A stretch of 64,000 nt of DNA, taken from an uncultured Verrucomicrobiae bacterium (GTDB lineage Bacteria; Verrucomicrobiota; Verrucomicrobiia; Chthoniobacterales; JAFAMB01). Made by a program: the position numbers and the translations under genes. Shown in pieces: positions 30,672 through 41,483 of the stretch (within the stretch, counting starts at the first letter, position 1; every line of letters begins with the position of its first letter). The notes beneath the pieces were generated by a model. The model worked only from the letters and a program-made list of their open reading frames with translations. It did no database searches and had not been told where the DNA came from. The DNA lies in assembly GCA_963837955.1 (NCBI GenBank), contig CAWIPH010000002.1:2560001-2624000 (forward strand), written 5' to 3'.

Positions 30672-31808
30672 CTATGAGTTCGCGCTCATCTCGGTTGCAA
30701 CAGTTACCTCAATTGGAAGCAGGTGATTGATCACGTAACTGGCATAGTTCTCGTCATGCTTGTCAGGCTGAACATCGCCATTGGCATCTTTTGCGCGGGA
30801 CAGCAATGTGTATTGGCCCGGCTTCTTCGGTGTAACCCAATCAAATTTCCAACGTCGCCACGCATGCTGTTGAACAGGATCTACGAATTCTGCCTGGGCC
30901 CAGGTTTGCCCACCGTCAGTGCTTACTGAGATCTCTGTTGCTTCGGTTTCCCCGGCCCAGGCAGCGCCAAACACTGTGTATGTCTGGTTCGGCGCAAGTG
31001 TTTCATAAGCAGTTGGCCGGAAGATCTCGGACTTCAGCTTTATTTCTCCCAGCGCGCGTCGCACTGGCTTTCCATCGACATAATCCCAATACGCGTAGTC
31101 CGATGTTTGCCAGTAACCTTGAAATGGTTCTCGTACAGCGTAGATCCGCGTCAGCCACTTGACAGAAGCCATTGCGTAATGACCCGGTACAATCGCGCGG
31201 ACCGGATATCCATGATCTGGGGAAAGGTCACGGCCGTTCATTTGGTAAGCAATCAGCACTTCCGGCTGAAGTGCTTTTGTTCGAGGCAAACTTCGGGCAT
31301 AGGAGATCGGACCGGGGGGTATCGCCCCTTCCTTCGGTACTCCACGATCAGGTCCTTCCAGCACGATCTCACAAGCGTCTGCTTCCAAACCGGCGCGCTC
31401 GAGCAAAACGCGCAGAGGCACCCCGGTCCATTCTGCATTTCCCACTGCGCCGAGTTCCCACTGAGCTCCTTGAACCTGGGGAACGAGGAAGACCCGACTA
31501 TTACCGGCGCACTCCAAGATGGCGATGTGCGTCTCGGCCGGCATGTCTCGCAGTTCCTGGTAGGTTATTGAAAACGGACTCTTCACCGCGCCATCGATCT
31601 GCAGCCGGTAAGAAGCCAGCTCTAGCTTCGGTGCTGGGGAGTGACTGCGTACGTAGAACAGCTCCGGCGGAGTCAGAAACGAGTCAACCCGATCGAGGGG
31701 AGTCTCCAACACCTTTGGCTCCTTCTGGCGAGTGATCAGGCCAATTGAAGACGATTGCCGAGCTTGGTTGCCCTCGCCTTGGGCGTAGTGCTTTTGAGTA
31801 TCTTCCAT
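30672..31808 (-). CDS. Sulfite oxidase family molybdopterin oxidoreductase
   Basis: FYVRSH, LECAGNSR, GNAEWTGV, DHGYPVRAIVPG and SVKWL motifs. Confidence 0.93.
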   Translation of the reverse strand: MEDTQKHYAQGEGNQARQSSSIGLITRQKEPKVLETPLDRVDSFLTPPELFYVRSHSPAPKLELASYRLQIDGAVKSPFSITYQELRDMPAETHIAILECAGNSRVFLVPQVQGAQWELGAVGNAEWTGVPLRVLLERAGLEADACEIVLEGPDRGVPKEGAIPPGPISYARSLPRTKALQPEVLIAYQMNGRDLSPDHGYPVRAIVPGHYAMASVKWLTRIYAVREPFQGYWQTSDYAYWDYVDGKPVRRALGEIKLKSEIFRPTAYETLAPNQTYTVFGAAWAGETEATEISVSTDGGQTWAQAEFVDPVQQHAWRRWKFDWVTPKKPGQYTLLSRAKDANGDVQPDKHDENYASYVINHLLPIEVTVATEMSANS

Positions 31809-31949
31809 GATTTTTTCCTAACTAAATTTGTTTACCACTACCCTGATTAGAAATGGCGGACCAAAAGAGCCACGGTTGTCCAAGTTCTGACACTCCGAGG
31901 TACACGCTTTCGGCCTGCATTCTTTGATAGTCGCCACTTGCTAATTCGC

Positions 31950-32162
31950 TTATCTCATCTGGTACCAGTCTCGGTTCGCTGCCACCACATCCTCATGCTC
32001 ATTGGGCTGCGGATCCATCTGGCCGATGAGCGCAGCGTGGAATCCTTTTCCCGCCTGGGGATCAGCGCTGGAGCATCCAGTAAATCCCAGCAAGGAAATA
32101 GCGAGGACCATCAAGAGTGATCGCAGATTGAAGTTTGGATTGATACATATTGGATTTTTCAT
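31950..32162 (-). CDS. Small hypothetical lipoprotein-like protein
   Basis: Hydrophobic stretch followed by lipobox-like FTGC; short, start uncertain. Confidence 0.4.
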   Translation of the reverse strand: MKNPICINPNFNLRSLLMVLAISLLGFTGCSSADPQAGKGFHAALIGQMDPQPNEHEDVVAANRDWYQMR

Positions 32163-32233
32163 GCATCTGGATACGATCAAACGGATGGCGTGCATAATTC
32201 AACGTTATGATTGCCTATCACAGATCCTGATAG

Positions 32234-32300
32234 GTAGACTGATGCTCCGCCTCAGGAGATTGGGGCGCCTTGGATTCCTGAGGCGGAGCATCAGGCTACG
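32234..32300. repeat. REP-like hairpin (family also at 308-336 and 49615-49681)
   Basis: GTAGACTGATGCTCCGCCTCAGGA...TCCTGAGGCGGAGCATCAGGCTAC inverted repeat. Confidence 0.75.
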
Positions 32301-33138
32301 CAAGAGAAGCGCATGCTTTGGCAGCCTGGGGACTGTTAACGGCTCTTGCCTTGAAAAATGTGTAGCAAAAAACGCCGTCCGCTTCTGCAGTTCGGTGCAA
32401 ATCGGCAACGCCCCTATCGAAGTCGGCTTCACTCATGAGCCCCGATTCAACGGAGGATTTGCGGATACCCTCAATCATTGCAGTAAAAGTCTTCTTGGTG
32501 AACCCCTCGACCAGTTCGGGCTTGCTCGAATCAACATAGACCATTCGCGGCGAGACATGGATCTCGCTAAATCCTGCTTCGGTCAGCAAGGGGTAAAGAG
32601 CCCGTCCTATCAGCGCGTTCCCCTTTGCTCTTGCCTGCAATTTCACCTGGCAACGAACAGCTCGGCGCGCATATTCGCTTTCCGGATAGAAGTAGGTGGA
32701 ACCGTGATCGCCTTCAATCACCGTAATCGTTCCACCGGGCTTTAAGACGTACTTCAGTGCTCTCAGTGCCTCTACGGGTTGGGCCAGATGCTCCAGGACG
32801 AAGCATAGGAAGACATGATCGAACGCCTCAGGCGGAAACGGCAAATGGAAGATGTCTGCTTGCCGTAGCGTGACATTTTTGATGGCTGCCGCCTGAATAG
32901 CCTTTCTGGCTTCGACGATCGATGCTTCAGACGCATCTATGGAGGTGATTAGCGACTTCGGACTATTGGACGCCAATGTGACTGTTTGCGCGCCGACACC
33001 GCACCCAGCCTCCAAAACGCTGCTGCCTTCCGGGTAGATCGTATCCGAATGCAATAGCTCTACGAGCGTGGATGCCTGATCCTGCAATCGCCGACTTTCT
33101 CTCGGATCATACCCATGCACGTAAGAGCTAGTCATCAA
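32296..33138 (-). CDS. Class I SAM-dependent methyltransferase
   Basis: VLEAGCGVG motif I, FDHVF and VLKPGG motifs. Confidence 0.93.
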   Translation of the reverse strand: MMTSSYVHGYDPRESRRLQDQASTLVELLHSDTIYPEGSSVLEAGCGVGAQTVTLASNSPKSLITSIDASEASIVEARKAIQAAAIKNVTLRQADIFHLPFPPEAFDHVFLCFVLEHLAQPVEALRALKYVLKPGGTITVIEGDHGSTYFYPESEYARRAVRCQVKLQARAKGNALIGRALYPLLTEAGFSEIHVSPRMVYVDSSKPELVEGFTKKTFTAMIEGIRKSSVESGLMSEADFDRGVADLHRTAEADGVFCYTFFKARAVNSPQAAKACASLA

Positions 33139-33153
33139 ATCTCCTTAGATGAT

Positions 33154-33560
33154 ACCGGAATGATCTCACGCTGCCGGAATGATCTCACGCTGCCGGAATG
33201 ATCTCACGCAAAGACGCCAAGACGCAAAGAGGAAGTGATCGGTGATTGGTGAAAGGGGCAGTCAGAACATCGGTAAGACTGGGTTAGGTTTTAGGTTACG
33301 ATTTTTCTTTGTTTTGACCAGCTTCTTGGGGCGGATAGCTGAAGTGGCTGCGAAAGCGAAGTTCCCACTTTGTTCCCTTCTATTTAAAATCCGCCTTTGC
33401 GATTTTGCATGAGACACGGTTTCTCCGTTGCCTCTGTGAGCTCCTGTTAAGAAGGTCTTTCTCGATCTCTGCGAGCTTTTGTGAAAGCTTAAAATCCGCC
33501 TTTGCGTCTTGGCGTCTTTGCGTGAGATCATTCCGGCAGCGTCTTTGCGTGAGATCATTC
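33154..33560. repeat. Cluster of REP-like intergenic repeats
   Basis: CCGGAATGATCTCACGC x3 (19-bp period) from 33155, with inverted copies GCGTCTTTGCGTGAGATCATTCC x2 near 33512-33561; related units at ~37975 and ~38185. Confidence 0.8.
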
Positions 33561-33908
33561 CTCGACGAAGGATTGCAGTCTCGCCAACGCATGCTCCCAT
33601 TGATCGGAAACGCGGTCGAGGTAAGACCGGAGCTCTTTGAGCGGCTGTGGTCTGAACTCGAACAGGCTCTCCCGGCCGACGCGTACGCTGTGCACGACAC
33701 CGGCGCCTTCCAGTACTTGAAGATGTTTGGTGATCGCCTGGCGCGTTAGCTTCGAACCTTTGGCGAGTCGAGAGATCGACTGCGGCGGCCCGTTGGACAG
33801 CTTTCCAACGAGCGATAGCCGCGTTTCATCGCCTAAAGCCGCAAAGACCGACGCCCGACCCTTGAGGCCGGCATGGCGTTTAGGCCGGATGCTCGACATG
33901 GCGCTCAA
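33555..33908 (-). CDS. ArsR/SmtB family transcriptional regulator
   Basis: VFAALGDETRL and TRQAITKHLQVLEGAGVV motifs. Confidence 0.9.
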   Translation of the reverse strand: MSAMSSIRPKRHAGLKGRASVFAALGDETRLSLVGKLSNGPPQSISRLAKGSKLTRQAITKHLQVLEGAGVVHSVRVGRESLFEFRPQPLKELRSYLDRVSDQWEHALARLQSFVEE

Positions 33909-34338
33909 TATTCTTCATCTGCTCGGTCCAACCGTCCTCATTCATTCGGAATGCTTCGAACCGGCGGTCTTTGGGAATTGCGTCAAATCCAGATTCCGTG
34001 AGGAAAAGAACGGTACCGCTGTCTTTCGGTTCAAGCCTGAACTCGACCAAAGTCGTGGGCTCATTCGAGTAGTCGGTATTGGGATCGATAGCATACGGAT
34101 GCCAGGTGAACGAAAAGAGCCGTTCGGGTTCCATCTTCTGCACTGTTGCTTCCCACCTTAGGTGCTCGTAGCCGGGATAGGTGATTTGGCCTCGCGAGAC
34201 CTGTCCCGGCACAAACGGAGCGTCCAGCTTCACCCGAAACCATTCGCCAAACTCACGGTGGTCGGTCAACGCACGCCAGACCCGGGATACGGGTGCCTTC
34301 AGTTCGATACGCTTCTCTATGCTATTGCTCATATGCAA
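33880..34338 (-). CDS. SRPBCC (AHSA1-like) family protein
   Basis: APVSRVWRALTD, FSFTWHPY and LTESGFD motifs; coupled to the ArsR gene. Confidence 0.9.
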   Translation of the reverse strand: MHMSNSIEKRIELKAPVSRVWRALTDHREFGEWFRVKLDAPFVPGQVSRGQITYPGYEHLRWEATVQKMEPERLFSFTWHPYAIDPNTDYSNEPTTLVEFRLEPKDSGTVLFLTESGFDAIPKDRRFEAFRMNEDGWTEQMKNIERHVEHPA

Positions 34339-34616
34339 CCTCCTGATTGCGGTTCACTATGGAGAAGTTTCGTAAACGCGCAACCCTTTTATTGCGCTTA
34401 ATTGGAGACGACGCAGCAAATCGTGGGGCGCACGCTGCCCAACTCTTGCCACCAGGAATGTGAGCTATGAATATCCTGTTTTTCGAACCCTCAGGCCCGA
34501 TCGAGGAAGTTTGGTATTACTCCAATTGGCGGAGACGAAATAGCCAAATAGACATCAGATAAGCACTCTTCCTGCCAATAGAATAGCAGGTGGCGACTGG
34601 CTAGGTTACCGGAGTA

Positions 34617-35879
34617 ATGAGCGAAGAAACAAACGATGGATTGGTCTCGCGCCGGAAATTTCTCGGAGTAGGGTCGGCGGCCGTTGGTGCTACGATGATC
34701 GCGGCTGCAACCGCGGCTGCGCAAATTCCACAAGACACGAAGAAGGCCGAGCTCGATCGGAGCGGGAGCAGTCCGCTGGGCCCGGATGACCAGGCGTTAC
34801 ATAGCGAGAATTTTGATTCAGTGACGCCGCCTCCAACTGATCACGGAAGCGTCGAACCCTTCAAATATCCTTTTTCTTTTTCGCACAAGCGAACGGAGGA
34901 GGGCGGATGGGCCCGCCAGGTGACAATCGCGGACTTGCCGATCTCGAAGACGATCGCAGGCGTGGATATGCGTTTGACCGCGGGCGGTGTACGCGAGTTG
35001 CATTGGCATACGGCAGGCGAATGGGCGCTTATGCTATACGGTAACGCGCGAATAACGTGCCTGGATCAATACGGCAAACCATTTATTGACGACATCAAGC
35101 AAGGAGATTTGTGGTTTTTTCCGACCGGCTATCCCCATTCGATTCAGGGTTTGGGGCCGGACGGTTGCGAGTTCTTACTCGTGTTCGATGACGGCGCATT
35201 TTCCGAGTACGACACCGTATTGTTAGCAGACTGGCTGGCGAGGACGCCACTGAGTGTGCTCAGCAAAAATCTCGGGGTCTCGAAGCAGGCATTATCGAGA
35301 ATTCCGGACCACGAGCTCTACATTTTTCAAGCAGAGGTGCCAAAGACATCGCTGGCCGAGGACCGGCGCGTAGCGGCAGGGGACGTCGGCTTATCATCCC
35401 AGAACTTCTCTTTTCGGATGATGGAGATGCAACCGACCCATAAGACAAAGGCGGGAGAAGTACGCATCGTCGACTCGAACGTTTTCCAAGCATCGAATTC
35501 TATCGCGGCGGCGCATGTCATCGTTCATCCGGGAGGAATGCGCGAACTGCACTGGCATCAAAACGCCGATGAATGGCAATACTACGTGGCTGGCAAAGGG
35601 CGGATGACGGTGTTCGCGGCTCAGGGCAACGCCCGTACCATGGATTTCCAAAAAGGGGATGTTGGCTACGTCCAGCAGACGCTTCCGCATTACATCGAGA
35701 ATACGGGGACCGAGGATCTAATATTTCTTGAGATGTTCAAGAGCAGTCAATACCAGGATGTATCACTGAACCAATGGCTGACGCATCTGCCGCCCGCGCT
35801 TGTTCAGGCGCACTTGAATATTGATGGGGCAACGATCAATGCCATCCAACCCACGGAAGAAGTGGTAGTTCCCGCCTGA
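34617..35879 (+). CDS. oxdC: Oxalate decarboxylase family bicupin with Tat signal
   Basis: Two RELHWH Mn-binding motifs, lid FSEYDT retaining Glu, and SRRKFL twin-arginine motif. Confidence 0.88.
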   Translation: MSEETNDGLVSRRKFLGVGSAAVGATMIAAATAAAQIPQDTKKAELDRSGSSPLGPDDQALHSENFDSVTPPPTDHGSVEPFKYPFSFSHKRTEEGGWARQVTIADLPISKTIAGVDMRLTAGGVRELHWHTAGEWALMLYGNARITCLDQYGKPFIDDIKQGDLWFFPTGYPHSIQGLGPDGCEFLLVFDDGAFSEYDTVLLADWLARTPLSVLSKNLGVSKQALSRIPDHELYIFQAEVPKTSLAEDRRVAAGDVGLSSQNFSFRMMEMQPTHKTKAGEVRIVDSNVFQASNSIAAAHVIVHPGGMRELHWHQNADEWQYYVAGKGRMTVFAAQGNARTMDFQKGDVGYVQQTLPHYIENTGTEDLIFLEMFKSSQYQDVSLNQWLTHLPPALVQAHLNIDGATINAIQPTEEVVVPA

Positions 35880-35918
35880 AGGCCTGCAGCAGCGCCGCGA
35901 TCTGGTTCCCAACTATGA

Positions 35919-36302
35919 TCATTCGGGAAGTGTGGCGATTGCTTCAATGCTGATCGCTAGCTCCTCCATGGGAAGTTTCGTGATGGGAGTCGAGCGCGCC
36001 GGCGGATCTTGCGGAAAATACTCGGCATAAAGTTCGTTTAATGTGCCGAAGTTAGCGGGGTCACAAAGAAATATGGTAGTTTTCACCACGTGTCTGAGAC
36101 TGCTTCCTGCGGCTCGAAGCGCAGCCGAGAGATTTTCGAACGCCTGCCTGGCTTGGGTTTCAAAACTGCCACCGATCACTTCACCTGTGCCGGGATCGCT
36201 ACTTGCCTGACCCGAGACAAACAGGAGTTGATCGACGCGAACTACCTGAGAGTACGGACCTTTGGTCCGCGGGATGTTAGGATTTACGACGGGATGATGC
36301 AT
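35919..36302 (-). CDS. RidA/YjgF family protein
   Basis: GPYSQ, LFVSGQ, PPARS and IEAIA motifs. Confidence 0.9.
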   Translation of the reverse strand: MHHPVVNPNIPRTKGPYSQVVRVDQLLFVSGQASSDPGTGEVIGGSFETQARQAFENLSAALRAAGSSLRHVVKTTIFLCDPANFGTLNELYAEYFPQDPPARSTPITKLPMEELAISIEAIATLPE

Positions 36303-36434
36303 AATCGTTAATCGGGTTTGGCAACGGGCTGGCGTATGGTTGCTATGAATCTCTTGTAGGAGAGATTTCCGATGTCGAGCACTATACGGCGCCGCTGTTT
36401 TTCGACCCAGCAAGCAATCGACAGCTTATTACCG

Positions 36435-36860
36435 CTACCTCTCTAGCTTTTTCGTCAAAGTAATGTCTGCCTTAAGCACGCGCGAAACCGGACAGCCGGC
36501 CTTCGCCTGGTCGGCAATTTCTTCAAATTTCGCCGGATCAATCCCCGGCACACGCCCGCGCAAATCGAGATGAATTGTTGTGATGGTCCAGTTGCCTTCA
36601 ACCTGCTCCAGCGTGAGCGTAGCTTGAGTTGAGAGTTCCTCGGCCGTGAATCCGGCGTTGCCCAGAAATGCCGATACAGCCATGGTGAAACAACCGGCAT
36701 GAGCCGCTGCTATCAGCTCTTCCGGGTTCGTACCGATGCCGTTTTCAAATCGCGTCGCGAACGAATATTGCGTTTTATTTAAGACGCCGCTCTGGGTGGA
36801 AAGCGTGCCTTGGCCCTTCTTGAGATCTCCATGCCAAACTGCGGATGCGGTGCGTTTCAT
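36435..36860 (-). CDS. osmC: OsmC family peroxiredoxin
   Basis: [16 protein letters not shown] and AKAGCPVS motifs. Confidence 0.95.
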   Translation of the reverse strand: MKRTASAVWHGDLKKGQGTLSTQSGVLNKTQYSFATRFENGIGTNPEELIAAAHAGCFTMAVSAFLGNAGFTAEELSTQATLTLEQVEGNWTITTIHLDLRGRVPGIDPAKFEEIADQAKAGCPVSRVLKADITLTKKLER

Positions 36861-37455
36861 AATTTTTGGTGGGGGTGGAACCAACTTAGAAGCTTTGTCG
36901 ACCAACGCCCGACGTTCGGCCGATCCCTAATTCCCAAAACCCTTGGTTGCAGATTATGGTTCGAACTTCGAGCAATAGTACACGCAGACATCATCAAAGG
37001 AAGGTCTTTCGCGCGCCTACGCTTTCGGTCAGTTGGCAAAGGAAGCAAAGATTCAGGCGGTACAGGTACCTCTTTGGCGGGTCTCGTTTTATAGAGATGC
37101 TTTTGGCAAGTGCCTGAATACATCACAGGCTTGGTGGCACCTCGCGTTCCCCGGAAAGAAAAACTTCAGTCTTTGCTTCCTTTGCTACCTTCTGTTTAAA
37201 GATCTCTTTGTATTTGTCCTACCAGGTTCAGGCGTCGTGTCGCTACCCGCCGCACGACTTGCCGTCAAATGGGGATTGGACCTGTCATAAACGTAGAGGG
37301 GCGGTGGTCCGGTGACCGTCCGACAGAGCATGTCGCCAAGGCGCGTGAGGAGCGATCTTGATCAGCAAAGGCATGGCGACCCAGGAGAGAACAAAATTCG
37401 GCGGCAATGAGCAGGACACCTGTTGATTGACAACGGTTGGCTCACCCGGATTATT

Positions 37456-37905
37456 TCAAGTATGCGCCTGGCTCCAAACGATGAGCCAGGCAATCAGAAA
37501 GACCAACGGTAGAAAAATCGGGGAGGCAATTCCCAACCAGCGAGTGAGCCGACTTCCTTGGATCTCAGGAAAACCTCCGACCGAAGCAACATGCGTCGCG
37601 TAAGCTAGCCGGAGACGATAAAGTGCCAAAACTCCTGCAATGACGCTGCAGTAGATCAGGATATCGGAAATGCATGCCACCCCTGGAATGATATTGAAGA
37701 GCAGGTCTTGTTGTTTGGCCAATAAAGGATTGCGAGCCTGCGGTGTGGCATTGGCAATGATCGCATACCCGGTGAAAAAGAAGGATTGGGCCGCCATCAG
37801 CCAAGACAATCGTTGCACGATCAGATTATCTTCGTGTTGGATCTGATCCCGGATGGTTCGATACCAATCGGCCGGACCAAACGGATTAACTGGAGGCTCG
37901 CTCAT
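37456..37905 (-). CDS. Small integral membrane protein (3 predicted TM)
   Basis: 149 aa; HEDNLIVQRLSWLMAAQSFFFTGY followed by further hydrophobic helices. Confidence 0.75.
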   Translation of the reverse strand: MSEPPVNPFGPADWYRTIRDQIQHEDNLIVQRLSWLMAAQSFFFTGYAIIANATPQARNPLLAKQQDLLFNIIPGVACISDILIYCSVIAGVLALYRLRLAYATHVASVGGFPEIQGSRLTRWLGIASPIFLPLVFLIAWLIVWSQAHT

Positions 37906-38272
37906 GGGCTTTTCACGTACCTTCTTCCTGTCTTGACGCTTTGCCGTCAATAGAAACCGATGACTGCGGAAAATCTCACGCAAAGACGCGAAGAGGGATC
38001 TGAATAGAAGGTGACGGAGGAAATAGAGGGCTTCGAGTGAGACCTCTGCGACTCGGCTAAGCTCCTCGAAATCGTGTGCGTTCGAATGAGCTCTTGCCGT
38101 TGTCTCTAGGCCAAACATTTCTAGATTCTGCTTCCCATTCTTTGCGCCCGCCCGCATCGCTACGCGAAGCGTTGCGGGCAGGCCTTTGCGTCTTTGCGTG
38201 ATGCGTCAACAACCGGACAGATGGAGTGGGGAAGAGCGGCGCACTTTTAGTAATCGACCGCATTCCCGCGGA

Positions 38273-41200
38273 TCAATGAACTGGATTTTCCTTCAGTGCT
38301 CGACGCTCGATTGAGCTTTGCTGCTTCTTCTTGGACGCCCGGGTAAAAATCTTCATGATCACAGAGAAAAATATCGGAGTAAAAAAGATCCCAAAAAAGG
38401 TCACCCCGATCATTCCAGCGAAGACGGCAGTACCCAATGCCTGATCCATTTCGGCCCCGGCCCCTTTAGCGATCACTAACGGCAACACACCGAGAATAAA
38501 AGCAAACGAGGTCATGAGGATTGGCCGTAGACGCAACCGGGCAGCTTCCGCCGCAGCCTCGATTCGCCCTTTCCCGGACAGCATCTCCTGCCTGGCAAAC
38601 TCCACGATCAAGATCGCATTCTTACAGGCGAGCCCGACGAGAACAATGAATCCGATTTGGGTGAAAATATTGTTATCTTGTCCTCGAAAATAAACCCCGG
38701 CCATAGCAGACAATAAGCACATGGGAACGATCAGGATGACCGCCAGTGGCAAGGACCAGTTCTCGTATTGAGCGGCCAGCGCCAGAAACACAAACAAGAC
38801 GCAAAGCGGGAAGATGAGAATTGCGGTGTTACCCGCGGTCACCTCTTGATAGGTCAATTGGGTCCACTCAAACGAGAACTGGCTCGGGAGATTCTCTCGA
38901 CAGATTCGTTCCATCTTTTCAATCGCCTGGCCTGAACTGACCCCCGGCAATGTCGTCCCTTGAATGAGGGCCGCGGGATAGACGTTATAATGGCTGACGG
39001 TATCCGGACCATTGATCCGTTGAACATTCATTAAACTACCCAATGGCACCATTCCGCCGGTGCTATTGCGGGCGTACATCCTTAGGATCTGATTAGGATC
39101 CGACCGGAAAGCAGCGTCACCTTGCAAGTTTACCTGATAGGTTCGCCCCAGGAAGTTGAAGTCGCCCACGTAGTTGCTTCCAAGATAGCTCTGGAGGGTA
39201 GTAAACACCGAACTGATCGGCACATTCAAGCTCTGCACCTTTTCCCGGTCGATATTCAGAAAGAGCTGAGGCACCTGGGAACGGTTGGTCGTAAAGACTC
39301 CGCTTAAGCCCGGCTCCGTGTTCGCAGCCGCAATGACTGCGTCGGTCGCCTGCTGCAACGCGTTCAACCCGGCGTTTCGGTGATCCTCAATCTCGAGCTG
39401 GAATCCACCCGCGTTCCCCATTCCTCGAACCGAAGGAGGCTGGATGGCAATCACAAACGCATCTTGAATCGAGGAAAATGCGCTCTGCAGTTTCGTTGCG
39501 ATCGCCGTAGCGGATTGCTCCGGATGACCGATTCGTTCACTAAATGGTTTCAGAGGGAAAAAGAATGTCAAGGCATTGGACTTGGTAGTCGAATCCAGAA
39601 TCGATAAGCCCTCGATCGCGAAGGTAAGCTCTACCCCTGGCATATTCTTGCCGATCTCCCCAATTTGTCGCCGCACGTCGTCGGTCCGTTGGAGCGAGGC
39701 TCCGTCCGGTAGCTGCGCAAAAACGATGAGGTATCCCTGATCCATTGTCGGGATAAAACCGCCCGGCACCTTCTGGAACAGCAACCCGGTCAGCGCCAGA
39801 AGTCCGACATAAACCACTAACACCAGTCCGCTGATTCGAAGCAGCCGGCGAACCACCGCTCCGTAACCAGCGATTCCCAGATCGAAGGCTCGATTAAATA
39901 AGCGGAAAAACCAACCCAACAAAGTGTCAATCAGCCGGCTAAGCAGATCCTTCTTCGCGTGGCCCGGTCTGATCAAGAGGGCTGCTAACGCCGGGCTCAG
40001 GGTGAGCGAGTTAAATGCCGAAATTAAGGTGGCAATCGCAATGGTCAGTGCGAACTGCCGATAAAATTGGCCGCTGATGCCGCTGACCAGTGCCGTCGGA
40101 ACGAACACGGCTGTCAGCACGACCGCAATCGAAATCACAGCTCCGCCCACTTCATCCATTGCCTTCCTGGTGGCCTCTTTCGGGTCCAGGCCACGCTCGA
40201 TCCATCGTTCCACGTTTTCGACTACCACGATCGCGTCATCCACCACGATGCCGATCGCCAATACTAGTCCGAACAATGAAAGTGAGTTAAGGGAAAACCC
40301 CATCAGAGCCAGCACCACAAAGGTTCCAATCAACGAAACGGGCACCGCAATGAGCGGGATCAAGGCAATTCTCCAGGACTGGAGAAATAGCATGACCACA
40401 ATCACAACCAGGATAACAGCGGCCCGCAGCGTCTCATAGACCGCGTCAATGGACTGTTGAGTAAAGAGAGTGGGGTCATAGTTGATAGTGTATTCCATTC
40501 CCGGAGGAAAAGATTTCGCCATTTCCGCGATCTGCTTTTTTACCAGTGCTGCGGTTTTCAGTTCGTTGGATCCCGGTAACTGAAAGATCCCGATAGCGAC
40601 GGCTGGCACTACTCCATCCTGATAGGTAGTACTGGTGTAGCTCTGTCCGCCCAGTTCCAGCCTCGCGACATCGCCCAGGTAAACCAACTGTCCATTATCG
40701 CCTCGTTTCAAAATGATCTTAGAAAACTGTTCCGGAGTTATCAGACGGCCCTTGGTGTTGAGAATAAACTGAAATTCCGTCTTGGGCCGGGCCGGCTCGG
40801 CTCCGAGGCTTCCGGGGGCAACTTGAACGTTTTGAGCCTGAACCGCGCTCACGACGTCATCCGCAGTTAGCCCGCGGGAAAACATCAGATCCGGATTTAA
40901 CCATACGCGCATGCTGTATGGCTGCGCGCCCCAAACCAGGACATTTCCCACACCATCGATTCGTTTAAGGGAATCCTCTATCTGGGTGTATGCATAGTTA
41001 CTGAGATAGAGAGGGGTATAGGTGTTATTTTTAGAAGTCAGTCCGATCGCCATCAGAATATCCGGTGACTCCTTTTGCGTGGTGACACCGATATTTCTGA
41101 CCTGCAGCGGCAATTGCGGCTCGGCAATCGCTACCCGATTCTGAACCAATACCTGCGCTACGTTCGGGTCGGTACCCAACTTAAATGTTACCGTCAACTG

Positions 41201-41469
41201 CATAGTGCCATCCATGGCAGAGACGGAGGACATGTATAACATGTTTTCGACCCCATTGACTTGCTGCTCGATCGGCTCGGCCACTGTATCCGCCAGCGTC
41301 TTAGGATCTGCCCCGGGAACTGCGCTTGTACTACTACCGTTGGCGGCGCAATCTCAGGAAACTGCGCCACTGGTAAGATCGTATAAGCAATCGCCCCCAG
41401 CACTACGGTAACAATCGAGATTACGATTCCGAATATTGGGCGGTCGATGAAGAAATGAGACAGCTTCAT
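38273..41469 (-). pseudogene. RND efflux permease (AcrB/MexF-like) with a single 1-nt frameshift near 41311-41314 (real lesion or sequencing error)
   Basis: MKLSHFFIDRPIF N-terminus; adding one G restores QFPGADPKTLADTVAEPIEQ; GIVVDDAIVVVEN and RLRPILMTS are intact. Confidence 0.85.
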
Positions 41470-41483
41470 TATTCTCCCCAGGA

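Noticed and set aside
32187..32215. Second dif-like site (GCATAA-N7-TTATGA)
   Set aside because: 7-bp spacer and poor outer arms; likely chance.
33154..33230. Possible mini-CRISPR (19-bp unit x3)
   Set aside because: Head-to-tail tandem copies without spacers; part of a REP-like family.
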